In this document: piece by piece, positions 10,021 through 19,092 of the stretch
How the letters are laid out: each line of letters begins with the position of its first letter
How positions within the stretch are numbered: position 1 is the stretch's first letter
From: an uncultured delta proteobacterium
Lineage (GTDB): Bacteria > Desulfobacterota > Binatia > UBA9968
Reading direction: 5' to 3'
DNA: 64,000 nt
Assembly: GCA_963755715.1 (NCBI GenBank)
Contig: CAVWLW010000027.1
Location: 1-64,000 of the forward strand
Program-made: the position numbers and the translations under genes
Notes under the pieces: generated by a model
Databases searched by the model: none
The model's input: only the letters and a program-made list of their open reading frames with translations
Told to the model about the DNA's origin: nothing

Positions 10021-11190
10021 CTATAGTGCCGGCGGCACGTGGTAGCGCACCGATCCCGCCTTCCCGACTTCCAGAGAGCTTTCCATTTGGGTGTCGATGA
10101 TCGCGTGATCGGGATCGCGAAAAACGTTCATGGGATCGACTCCCTGCTGCACTTTCTTAATCTCCCGTGCAAGCATCTCGCGATACATCACCACGCCGCG
10201 GTCTGACGCGGCCAGCCTTTCGTGCGTGCGATCGAGAATCGGCCCCTGAGTCTCCCATGCCATGAAATCCTGAGCGTCGACTTCATCAAGGCGAAACTTG
10301 GTAAAAGGATGGCGCGCGCCAAGTGGATTTTTGAAAGGCTTGCGGTAATTAACCGGCACTTCGTCTTTGTTCGCTCGCGGCTCCGCCGAATCCGGCACAA
10401 AGTGAACGTAAACGATCCAAGTATGGGTATCATCGATCGGCACGCGGATCTGTGTGCGGTTAGCTTGGCGCAAGACCGTGGGGAAAAGCAGCGGATGTTC
10501 CTCCACCTTGCCGTCGCGAAAAACCCGCCGCTTAATAATGCCGTGGGTAAACTCCTCCATCTCATACTTGACCAGATTGTCGATCGTGCCGCGGGTCGTG
10601 CTCTCGACTTTGAAACCGTCGGTCACCAGCTCCTGATGGAGGATGTGCAGATGGGCCGTGTCCACGGAGTTTTCCATCGCTTGCAGCCAGTTGCAGTCGA
10701 GCTGCGGCAGTGCGCGCAGCCAGTGCCAGCCGTCGGTGCGCGCCCAAACATCATATTTTGGAATGACCGGGGCGGGCTGAGGTCCGAAATAGGCCCAATA
10801 CAGACCGGCCAATTTTTGCACCGGATAAGCTTTGTGTTTGACGGTGAGGCAAAACTTACTGTCGGCAGGCTCGGCCGGCGTCTCCAAACAGTTGCCTTTC
10901 GGGTCATAAAGCCAGCCGTGATAAGCGCACGCGAGGCCCCGCTCTTCGACACGGCCATAGGACAACGACGCGCCCCGGTGCGAACAGCGATCGTGGAGCA
11001 GGCCAGGCTCGCCTTTGGGCGTCACAAACAATACTAGATTCTCGCCCAAGATACGGACGAACTTAGTCGGACTTTCCGGCGTCAAGTCAGCGGCAATCGC
11101 GACAGGATGCCAATAACGGCGCAGCAATTCGCCCGCCGGGGTCCCCGGACCGACCCTTGTGAGCATTTCGTTTTCTTCCGCGGTCAACAT
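10021..11190 (-). CDS. Rieske non-heme iron aromatic oxygenase alpha subunit (phthalate 4,5-dioxygenase/LigX-like group), copy 1
   Basis: MLTAEENEMLTRVGPGTPAGELLRRYWHP; Rieske CSHRG...CAYHGW; mononuclear Fe site ENSVDTAHLHILH and QDFMAWETQG. Confidence 0.92.
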   Translation of the reverse strand: MLTAEENEMLTRVGPGTPAGELLRRYWHPVAIAADLTPESPTKFVRILGENLVLFVTPKGEPGLLHDRCSHRGASLSYGRVEERGLACAYHGWLYDPKGNCLETPAEPADSKFCLTVKHKAYPVQKLAGLYWAYFGPQPAPVIPKYDVWARTDGWHWLRALPQLDCNWLQAMENSVDTAHLHILHQELVTDGFKVESTTRGTIDNLVKYEMEEFTHGIIKRRVFRDGKVEEHPLLFPTVLRQANRTQIRVPIDDTHTWIVYVHFVPDSAEPRANKDEVPVNYRKPFKNPLGARHPFTKFRLDEVDAQDFMAWETQGPILDRTHERLAASDRGVVMYREMLAREIKKVQQGVDPMNVFRDPDHAIIDTQMESSLEVGKAGSVRYHVPPAL

Positions 11191-11232
11191 TTTACGCTCC
11201 TTTTCGACAGCGATTTCTCGGCACTCATGCCA

Positions 11233-11260
11233 TCCTCAATCCTCAGTCTTCTATCCTCAG
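11233..11260. repeat. Degenerate heptamer tandem repeat (TCCTCAA TCCTCAG TCTTCTA TCCTCAG)
   Basis: Four units directly after the stop codon of the 11261 SBP gene. Confidence 0.65.
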
Positions 11261-12457
11261 CTATTTCGTCCCAGCAAAAATCTCGTCGATCAACTTGATT
11301 GCCGGATTGATATCCTTGGTTTCGGGATCGTCGATGTCGAAGTACTTCATGCCATCGCGACGCCGCTCCGCGAGTGGAATATGTTCCTTCGGAACGTCCA
11401 CGCGGCGCGAGTTCTTGGGATCGCCGGGCGTGCTCATAGTCTTTTGCAACGTTGTCTGGCCTTCGCGCGACAGCAGCCAATTGACGAAGACTTTGGCGGC
11501 GTTAGGATGCGGCGCTCGGTTCATCAGCGCCACCTGGCCGAAGGCGGACGAAATGTTCACACCCTCTCTGAAGTGATTCGTATCGAATTCGTCCACCGGT
11601 AATCCCTGCGCTTTCGCCTTCGCCGTCCCCGAACTCTGCATCGGTAGTAGCACTGCGACCTTGCCGGCTGCCAGCCAGTCCATAGCTTGTCGAAAGTCGC
11701 CGCTCATGTTGACGTTCATCTCCTGATAAAATCGGCGCAGAAATTCTACGCCGATTTCAGGGTGATAGTACAGATACTGCACCGAGGGTCCGACCCCGCG
11801 GACTTTACGAATATCAATTGAACCGATCTTGCCCTTGAGTTTGGGATTGAGAAAATCCCAGTAGGATCGGTAATCTTTCGGATTGATGAGCTGGGTATTG
11901 TAAGCCGGCGAGCCGCCCGACGACACGTTGCCCTCGTAGACAAACATATAGGTACCTTCCCGATCGACGTATTTATGTCTGCCTTCCCACCACTTCGAGG
12001 TATCCGTGACCTCGGGAAGCATGAGCGCCGGCCGAATCGGTTCGAGCATCTTGCCCAAATAGAGAACTTGATACAGCGAAGTCCCGCCGCCGTTGTAAAC
12101 ATCGGCGAGAAATTTTTCACCGCGGCGTTCGGTGACGATCCGCGGCGCCAGCTGCGAGCCCGTTCCCGGAACGATGGTGACTTTGATCTTCGGAAAGGCC
12201 TTTTGAAACACCCCCGCTTCGATGATCGCGCTATAGCCGGATATATAAACAGTCAGCTGTCCTTCCGCCTCCGCCGCTTTGACCGTTCGCTCCCACTCGG
12301 CTTGCCACGCCGGCCGCGACTCAGCGCCATCCACCGCAACGTCAATAGCCAAGCAGATTGCGAAACTGGCAAATAAACGGCCGACGAACATGTTCATCGC
12401 AATGCAAATCGGATCAAACCCGAAACCCTCGGTACGAGACGCTAGCCGCTGCCTCAT
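11261..12457 (-). CDS. ABC-type periplasmic substrate-binding protein, paralog 8 (start 12457, 12397 or 12391)
   Basis: C-terminal half of the 785-aa ORF: signal-like MFVGRLFASFAICLAIDVAVDGA, WERTVKAAEAEGQL, RAPHPNAAKVFVNWLLSREGQ; closest to paralog 6. Confidence 0.88.
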   Translation of the reverse strand: MRQRLASRTEGFGFDPICIAMNMFVGRLFASFAICLAIDVAVDGAESRPAWQAEWERTVKAAEAEGQLTVYISGYSAIIEAGVFQKAFPKIKVTIVPGTGSQLAPRIVTERRGEKFLADVYNGGGTSLYQVLYLGKMLEPIRPALMLPEVTDTSKWWEGRHKYVDREGTYMFVYEGNVSSGGSPAYNTQLINPKDYRSYWDFLNPKLKGKIGSIDIRKVRGVGPSVQYLYYHPEIGVEFLRRFYQEMNVNMSGDFRQAMDWLAAGKVAVLLPMQSSGTAKAKAQGLPVDEFDTNHFREGVNISSAFGQVALMNRAPHPNAAKVFVNWLLSREGQTTLQKTMSTPGDPKNSRRVDVPKEHIPLAERRRDGMKYFDIDDPETKDINPAIKLIDEIFAGTK

Positions 12458-13642
12458 TCCGGACTCGGTACTTGATGCGAAAGGAAAATTTCTTTGCGCT
12501 CTTTCGCCGACTCGAGCATCGCTAAACAGACTTCCAAGCGTCGCCGCGCCCCAGCGTCCGTCGTGAAACACCGGCCGTTTGTGTACCACAGCGTTGTACA
12601 GCTCTTCGACTTCTGCTTCTCGCCCGCGTGCGCCCGCGGGCAGCGAAACTTCCCGCTGCTCAGTCTCGCCGTAGATGAACAGTCCATCGGGTGTCTGGCG
12701 AATATCACCCTTCTCGCAACTGACCATCGTGAAGCCGAAAAACGGCTGTTTTCGTGCGCCGCTCCAGACGTGACTGTATTCGCCTTCGCGTTTGCCGCCG
12801 AAGCGCATGCCTTCTTTGAGTTGTTCTTCTTCCTCGGGAGTGCGCACTTCGCGCAGCTTTTTTCTGACGTCGAGATTGGTTTCCGGCGCTCGATGTTGTC
12901 CGCCTTCGCCGACCCAGCTGAAAAGCTCCGCCGTATCGAAGAACCCGTAACCGCTATAGACCAGCGTCGCCGGCGTGCCGTCTTCAAATTCCAGATAGCA
13001 CGTGTAGCTGCCTTCCCATTCACGCGCCTTGTCCCAGACGCCGGTCATGGCGCGCACACTGCGGACCATGCCGCCGCCGATCAAGCGCACGATATCGACG
13101 TGGTGCGGTCCTTGATTGAGCACTACGCCGCGGCTCATGGCCAATTCGTGTTTCATGCGCGGGCGGTACATGAACTCGTTGTAGTTCCAAGTATGGATCA
13201 TGCAGAGCTTGCCGAGCTCGCCGCTTTTGACGATCTCGCGGATCTTCCGGATCGGCGGATCGAAGCTATGCGTGTGGCCGCACAGCAGCTTCACGCCATA
13301 TTTTTCCGCCGCTTTGTTCATAGCGTCGCACTCCGCGATCGACGTCGCCATCGGTTTTTCGACGATCACGTGCTTGCCGCGTTCGGCGGCCGCGATCACA
13401 TGCTTGGCGTGCAACGGGTTTGGCGTGGCGACGTAAATCGCGTCGACGTCGGCGCTTTCGCACATCGTTTCGACGCTTGGGAACGTTTCACCGCCGTAAG
13501 TCTCGCGAAATTTCCCCAGCGCGTCGGTGCGCGTGTCCGCGGCGGCGGTAATCTTGATATAGGGCAATGCGGCGATCGGCGGCATGATCTGCGTGCTCGC
13601 CACGCCGAGGCCGGCCATGCCTAGACGGAGAACCTGAGTCAG
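12454..13642 (-). CDS. Gfo/Idh/MocA oxidoreductase (phthalate cis-dihydrodiol dehydrogenase OphB-like), frameshift near 12535
   Basis: (L)TQVLRLGMAGLGVAS Rossmann start, ATPNPLH, VEKPMA, NQGPHHVD; true C-terminus LEVCLAMLESAKERKEIFLSHQVPSPE is in ORF 12454..13023. In-frame start appears to be CTG at 13642, otherwise ATG at 13618. Confidence 0.85.
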
Positions 13643-14913
13643 ATTCTAGCCCTCGCTTCCGCTTCGAGATTTTTCGTGTAGCCCTTCCAATCGTCGTTCG
13701 GGATCATATCGGAAAGCACCAGCAGATGGGGGAAGCGGTTTTGACTCGCTGTTCTGACGACGTGGGGCGCGTCTCGTCCTTCGCGGATGTCGTTGATCGC
13801 CTTTTCCATGAGCTTGCGCGCGGCGACGATTGCTTTGTCCGAGGAAACCAAATGCTCGTCGGTACGATCTTGGATCGCGCCCTGGCTGGCGGTCGCGAAA
13901 GCGTCGTGAGCTTGGAAGCCCGTGCCCATTCCCGCGTAAGTCTTGGATTTCATCGCGTCACGATCTTGCAGGAAACGATTCGACTCGTTGCGCATCAGGC
14001 GGTAGTCGGGACTCAGCTCCGAGCGCTCACCATTGAGCAGCTCTGTTTTCAGCGGCGGGCCGGCGCTGTAGACGAACGTATATTTCCAATGATGCGTGTC
14101 ATCGATCGGCACATGCCAGTTGATCGAGTACCCCTCGCCGCCGGTCTGTCCAGGAAACGCGCTCAAGTTGGGAAGAATGAAATAGGAGACCCGCAAATAG
14201 GATTGATCGTTTGCCAATTTTCGCACGGTGTAGATGCGCGCGCCGAAATCGACCAGCTCCACGTCGATGAGCGGCGCCGAGTTTCTCGCGACCAAATTAT
14301 AGTGCGACTCGCTGGCGCCGCGCACGCCGCGGTATTTCTCCTCGCGATTTTCGAAAAAGCGATGAAGATACGAGAGATGAACGGGATCGATGTTGCCTTC
14401 GTTCGCCTGCTGATAATTGCAATCGTGAAAAATCTTGGAGGTATAAAGATGATCCGGAGAGGCATTGAGAAAATCGTAATTGGGCAGCAACGGCGGTTCT
14501 CCCGGTCCCATATAGGTAAAGATCGTTCCCGCCTTCTCCGTGCAAGGATAGGCGCAATGGCGAATCTGGTCGCGATGTTCACCGCCGCCGGGCTCGCCGG
14601 GCTGTTCCAGACAACGGCCGTGAATGTCGTAAAGCCAACCATGATAGAGACAGCGCAGACCGCCGTCTTCGATCCGGCCATAACTGAGATTCGTACCACG
14701 ATGGGAGCAGTGAATCCCCAAAAGCCCGACTCGCCCCTGGTCGTCGCGAAATAACACCAACTCTTCGCCCAAAATTCGCACGCTCAACGGGGCGCCGCCC
14801 GCCGGCAACTCTTCAGAGAGCGCCACGGGCTGCCAGTAACGGCGAATCAATTCGCCCGCGGGTGTGCCCCGGTTAGTTTTGGTGAGAAGCTCGTTTTCTT
14901 CTTTGCTGATCAT
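13639..14913 (-). CDS. Rieske non-heme iron aromatic oxygenase alpha subunit, copy 2
   Basis: CSHRG...CLYHGW; EGNIDPVHLSYLH; HDAFATASQG. Confidence 0.92.
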   Translation of the reverse strand: MISKEENELLTKTNRGTPAGELIRRYWQPVALSEELPAGGAPLSVRILGEELVLFRDDQGRVGLLGIHCSHRGTNLSYGRIEDGGLRCLYHGWLYDIHGRCLEQPGEPGGGEHRDQIRHCAYPCTEKAGTIFTYMGPGEPPLLPNYDFLNASPDHLYTSKIFHDCNYQQANEGNIDPVHLSYLHRFFENREEKYRGVRGASESHYNLVARNSAPLIDVELVDFGARIYTVRKLANDQSYLRVSYFILPNLSAFPGQTGGEGYSINWHVPIDDTHHWKYTFVYSAGPPLKTELLNGERSELSPDYRLMRNESNRFLQDRDAMKSKTYAGMGTGFQAHDAFATASQGAIQDRTDEHLVSSDKAIVAARKLMEKAINDIREGRDAPHVVRTASQNRFPHLLVLSDMIPNDDWKGYTKNLEAEARARI

Positions 14914-14980
14914 GGAAACTTTCCTCGCAAATCGTGGGTATATTGTCAGGTCATTGCACTACAAGAACTCTTTTTCGGAA

Positions 14981-15073
14981 GAGATCCTTCGCTGACGCTC
15001 AGGATGACACCTAAAAACTAAAGTTTCGGTATGGCTCATCAGGATTGTCATTCTGAGCGAAGCGAAGAATCTC
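14981..15073. repeat. TGTCA/TGACA-type REP inverted pair
   Basis: GAGATCCTTCGCTGACGCTCAGGATGACA (14981-15009) and TGTCATTCTGAGCGAAGCGAAGAATCTC (15046-15073) are near reverse complements. Confidence 0.8.
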
Positions 15074-15088
15074 GACTTGCGCCAGTCC

Positions 15089-16547
15089 TCACGCCCCCGG
15101 AAACGGAATAATGTTTTTAAACTTCGCGATGGTCTTTTCTCTCAGCTCGCGGCTCGAGCGGCTGACTTTGGGAAATTTGTCTTTCCATGCGAAAGGCCGC
15201 ACGGCGTAAAAGATCGCCCGGCCGTTGGTGTGATCCTTATTTTCCCGTTTCTCCGGCGGCATGCGCGGATCGAGCGGCGTGCGTCCAGCAGCCGTCGATG
15301 ATGTCGATATTGGTCGGCGGATCGACCCGCGTCATCATCGCCCACAGCACTTCCTTCACGTTGGTCGGATCGATGTCTTCGTCGACGACAACGACGTAGC
15401 GGCCGTTGCGATTGGCCGCGGCGCAGCTGAGGGCCGCCGTACCCGCTTGCTTGGCATGGCCGGCGTATTTCTGCTTGATCGAAACAACGGTCAAGTACGA
15501 AGTGTGATTGTACACGCCGACGATGTCTTGAATGCCGGCGCTTTCCAGCTGATCCCAGAGCACGCCCGCGGAAATATGCAAATCCATTTTTACCGCGCCG
15601 GGCCAGAGCGGCGCTTCATCTTCGAGAATCGGATCGTCGCGGTGATAAATCGCTTTGACCCGAATGATCGGCTGATTTTCTCCCGTGCCGCCCGTGCCGC
15701 CGGAATAATAACCCGGCCACTCGCCGAACGGTCCTTCGGGGCGCGCTTCTTCAGCCGGTGGCGGGATCTCGCCTTCGATGGCGATTTCTGACGACGCGGG
15801 AATCGGCAGTCCCGTGATCGGCCCGCGCAAAACTTCCAACGGCCGGCCGATCAGCCCGCCGGATATTTCCATCTCAGAGCGGCCGTACGGAAATTTCGTA
15901 TACGATGGCATGAAGACCAGCGGATGTTGGCCGTAGGTCGCCACTACCGGACAGCTCTTGCCCTGCTCCCAATATTTGGCGCAAATTTGCCGGCCGTTTT
16001 GTCCAGGGCTGATCCACAGACCAAGCGTGTTCTTGTCGTGCAGCTGCATGCGATAGGTGCCGCTGTTGACGTAACCCGATTCAGGATCGCGATTGATCAG
16101 CGCGCCGCCCGGACCGAAATAGCGCCCGCCGTCGTTTTCGTGGAAACGCAGCGCGGGAAATTTGAGCAGGTTGACGTCGTTGCCGGTGAGCTTGTTCTCG
16201 AATAGAGGCGAGGTGCCGACTTCCTTCGGCGCAATCGGTTCCGCGTTTTTCACTTTGCGCGCCGCCAAGCGGAGAATTTCCAGTTTCGATTTATCCGTCG
16301 GCAATCCCAAAGCGAGCGCCACGCGCCGATACGCCGCATAAGGCAAGCTGCAGACGCGATAGCCCGCCGGATAACCTTTGACCTTGTCGAAGATCAACAT
16401 CGGCGGCTGCGGCACCAGCTCGGCCGTCGATTCGACCAGCGCGCCGATCTCCGCATCCCAATCGGCGCCTTCGATAATCCGATAGTCGCTGATCTTCTTT
16501 GCTTCTTCGATGAAGCTCCGAAAATCGTGATAAGCAAGCTCGCCCAT
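15089..16547 (-). CDS. UbiD-family decarboxylase 2, frameshift near 15285
   Basis: YHDFRSFI...ADWDAEIGAL, DGGRYFG, NSGTYR, EGPFGEWPGYY, VVDEDIDP; C-terminus PLDPRMPPEKR...FKNIIPFPGA* continues in another frame to 15089. Confidence 0.9.
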
Positions 16548-16578
16548 ATCGTCTCCCTTGATGTTCTCTGTCCTAGAC

Positions 16579-16638
16579 TGTCATTTCGAACGCAGTGAGA
16601 AATCTTTCTTAGATCCCTCACATTCGTTCGGGATGACA
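16579..16638. repeat. TGTCA/TGACA-type REP inverted pair
   Basis: TGTCATTTCGAACGCAGTGAGAAATCT ... AGATCCCTCACATTCGTTCGGGATGACA. Confidence 0.8.
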
Positions 16639-16647
16639 ACCCATGGC

Positions 16648-17686
16648 CTATTCTTCCACCACCGATATCTTCGATTTCACGCCCTTCCTCTTCAATTCCT
16701 CCAAAAACATCGGATGAACATCCGCCGGCTCCTCGTCGAAGGGAATCATCTCATGCAGCTTGGTGCGAAACCGGTCCTGGCTGAACTTCGGGCTGCGCCC
16801 GCGCATGGCGAAGTGGCGCAGCAGTGCCATGGCCGGTGTTGAAGTGGCCGTGATACATCAGATCGCCGGGGGAATAGATCGAGCCGGATTTGATCTCGAA
16901 GCGCGTGCGGTCCTCTCCTTCACGCCAGACCATGGCAAATCCTTCGCCTTGGGTCACGCAAACAATCGCGCCCGGGCCGTGACGATGAAAGGTGCTGCGG
17001 CTGCCTGCGGGAAATTCTTGAACGTGGCAACCATAGGTCGTGCCGGCGAGACCGAAGCGCATGATCTTCACGCCTTTGCCCTTCATCGGATAATCGTCGA
17101 GGGCGAATTCATTCACATCCGGCACCAAATTGCTTTCCCACGAGCGGATCGTCAGTTTTTTATTCTCGTTGAAAAACTCGCGATCGGGTCGGAAGCGGTC
17201 GCGAAACTGAAATGGATTGCGAAAAATAAAATCTTCGTTGTGAAACAAATTGATCACGTGCGGCGCGTTGGTGCCGGCGAGAAAGCGCACCGGCTCGTTG
17301 GAAGCATTGAAGTGCTGGTACGAAACGTTCAGCGGAATCGCGAAGATCGCCCCGGCGGCCCACTCAAAGGTCTGCTTCGCGTCGCCCTCGAACCAAACCG
17401 TCGTCGCGCCGCGTCCTTTGTGAATGTAGACGAGCGTCTCGAACATGTGATGCTGCGGCTCGGTCTGTTTCCCTGCGGGGATCTCGCAGATATAAGCGTC
17501 GTGCTCCTGCTGCTCGCCCATGTTTAAATAAGAACCCAACGCGCCCATGCGCGCCCATGGCTTCACTTCGACATCCATCAAGTCTTCGATGAAAAATCCT
17601 CGAACGGATGGAATCCCTTCTTTCTCCTGAAACACTTCGTACGGTGTCGGACCCAATTGAATCGGATCGCGGTGCGGCAGTCTCAT
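16648..17686 (-). CDS. Bicupin protein, copy 2, frameshift near 16830
   Basis: TPYEVFQEKEGIP; N-cupin PQHHMFE...YQHFN; C-cupin FHRHGPG...YHGHFN; tail in ORF 16648..16830; homologous to the 6107 cupin. Confidence 0.82.
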
Positions 17687-17896
17687 GAATTAACAGCTCC
17701 CCATTTCGCGTCAACCTCATCGAATCAGCTTCTCGCAGCAATGCGATTCTATAATCTTGAGCGGCCAAAACTTCAAGGCAAGTTGTTAATGTATCAACTA
17801 ATTTTGCTGAACAGGCGCTCAACGTCCACGCTAAAAATGGATCTGCATCGTCGTGTTTTCCGACGCACGAAATCATTCCTTGCAAACCAATTCCTC

Positions 17897-17926
17897 TTGC
17901 CATCGTCGGACGAGTTGAGTTAAGAC
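17897..17926 (+). promoter_or_regulatory. Putative promoter TTGCCA-N18-TAAGAC, copy 1
   Basis: TTGCCATCGTCGGACGAGTTGAGTTAAGAC; 24/30 identical to 22520-22549. Confidence 0.6.
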
Positions 17927-18000
17927 CGGCGATGCAGCGCGCGAAAGAGAATCTCCCGAGTCAGCAAAACTTATTGTCCCTTCCAACCGGAGGGTAAAAA

Positions 18001-19015
18001 TTGTGGACAGAATCAAACCAGGCATATGCAATGGTGGCGGCTGCTGTGGTTGACGGCGGGTCTAAGCAACGCTCAAGGCCAAACCGTCGACGTCGCGGCG
18101 GCAAAAAAAGACACCAAGGTCGTCGTCTACGGCACCGTCGTGCCCCAGGCAATGGAAGAGCTGCACAGGAATTTCGAAAAAAAGTACGACATAAAAGTCG
18201 AATACTGGCGCGGTTCTTCCACGGCGGTGGCCGAGCGCGCCCAAAGCGAGTGGCGCGCCGGACGGCCGGCTTTCGACGTCGTCGAGTCGAGTTGGGACGT
18301 CATGACGCTGATGAAAATGGAAGGCATCTTCAGCCGCTATCTGCCGCCTTCGGCGGAAAAATTCCCGGCGCAGTTCAAAGAGAAAGATGCGCTGATAACG
18401 CCTTGGCGCATTTTGCCGATCAGCATCTTGTATAACACCGAGTTGTTGAAAGCCGATGAGGCGCCAAAAAGTCTCGAGGATCTCCTAAACCCTAAATGGA
18501 AGGGAAAGATCAGCATTCCCGATCCATCCCGACACACGACCACGGCGAAGTTTTTTTGGAACTTGGAAAAACTCATGGGCGCCCAATGGCGCGAATATGT
18601 AAAGGGCCTGGCGAAGCAGCAACCGCTGCTGGTCGAATCCCTGGCTCCGGTAACGCCGGCTATCATCAAAGGCGAAGTGCAGGTCGGCATTGCCTACATC
18701 AAATTCGTCAAGCAATACAAAGGACCGGTTTCCTACGTTTCCCTCAATAAATATCTCTCTGATCCCAATCATCTCGCTCTCGGCGCCAAAGCGGCGCGTC
18801 CCAACGCTGGCCGGCTCTATATTGAGTTTGCGGTGTCGGCCGAAGGCCAAAAAATGATCGCGCAAGACGGCGAGTTTGTTCTCGCTCCAGGTGTGTTTCC
18901 GCCCATTCAAGGCGCTGAGAAAGTAACTCCCAACATGATTCCGATGGATAATCCGAGCGAAGACGAGGCGAAAAGCCTGAGCAACGAATTCCGCCAGATC
19001 TTCTTCGCCAAATAA
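18001..19015 (+). CDS. ABC Fe3+/AfuA-like substrate-binding protein (start 18001 with a signal-peptide frameshift, or 18026)
   Basis: GGAGG upstream of TTG at 18001; AAKKDTKVVVYG, YNTELLKADEAPKSLEDLLNPKWKGKI, AARPNAGRLYIEFAVSAEGQ. Confidence 0.85.
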
Positions 19016-19092
19016 CAGGAATGAGCTTGACACGGCGACCATGAAGACCGTAAAAAATTAATTTTGGTTAGCCAACGAAGGGGAGATCAAAG

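Noticed and set aside
1-12457. Diversity-generating retroelement acting on the SBP array
   Set aside because: No reverse transcriptase and no near-identical TR/VR pair differing at adenines were seen. The paralogs diverge throughout.
11261-13618. 785-aa oxidoreductase-SBP fusion ORF
   Set aside because: The proper dehydrogenase C-terminus (LEVCLAMLESAKERKEIFLSHQVPSPE*) lies in another frame ending at 12454, and the SBP has its own signal peptide. The fusion results from one indel near 12535.
14981-16638. UbiD2 as cargo of a transposon bounded by the two TGTCA repeats
   Set aside because: Each repeat is a self-contained hairpin pair of divergent sequence. No transposase or target-site duplication is evident.
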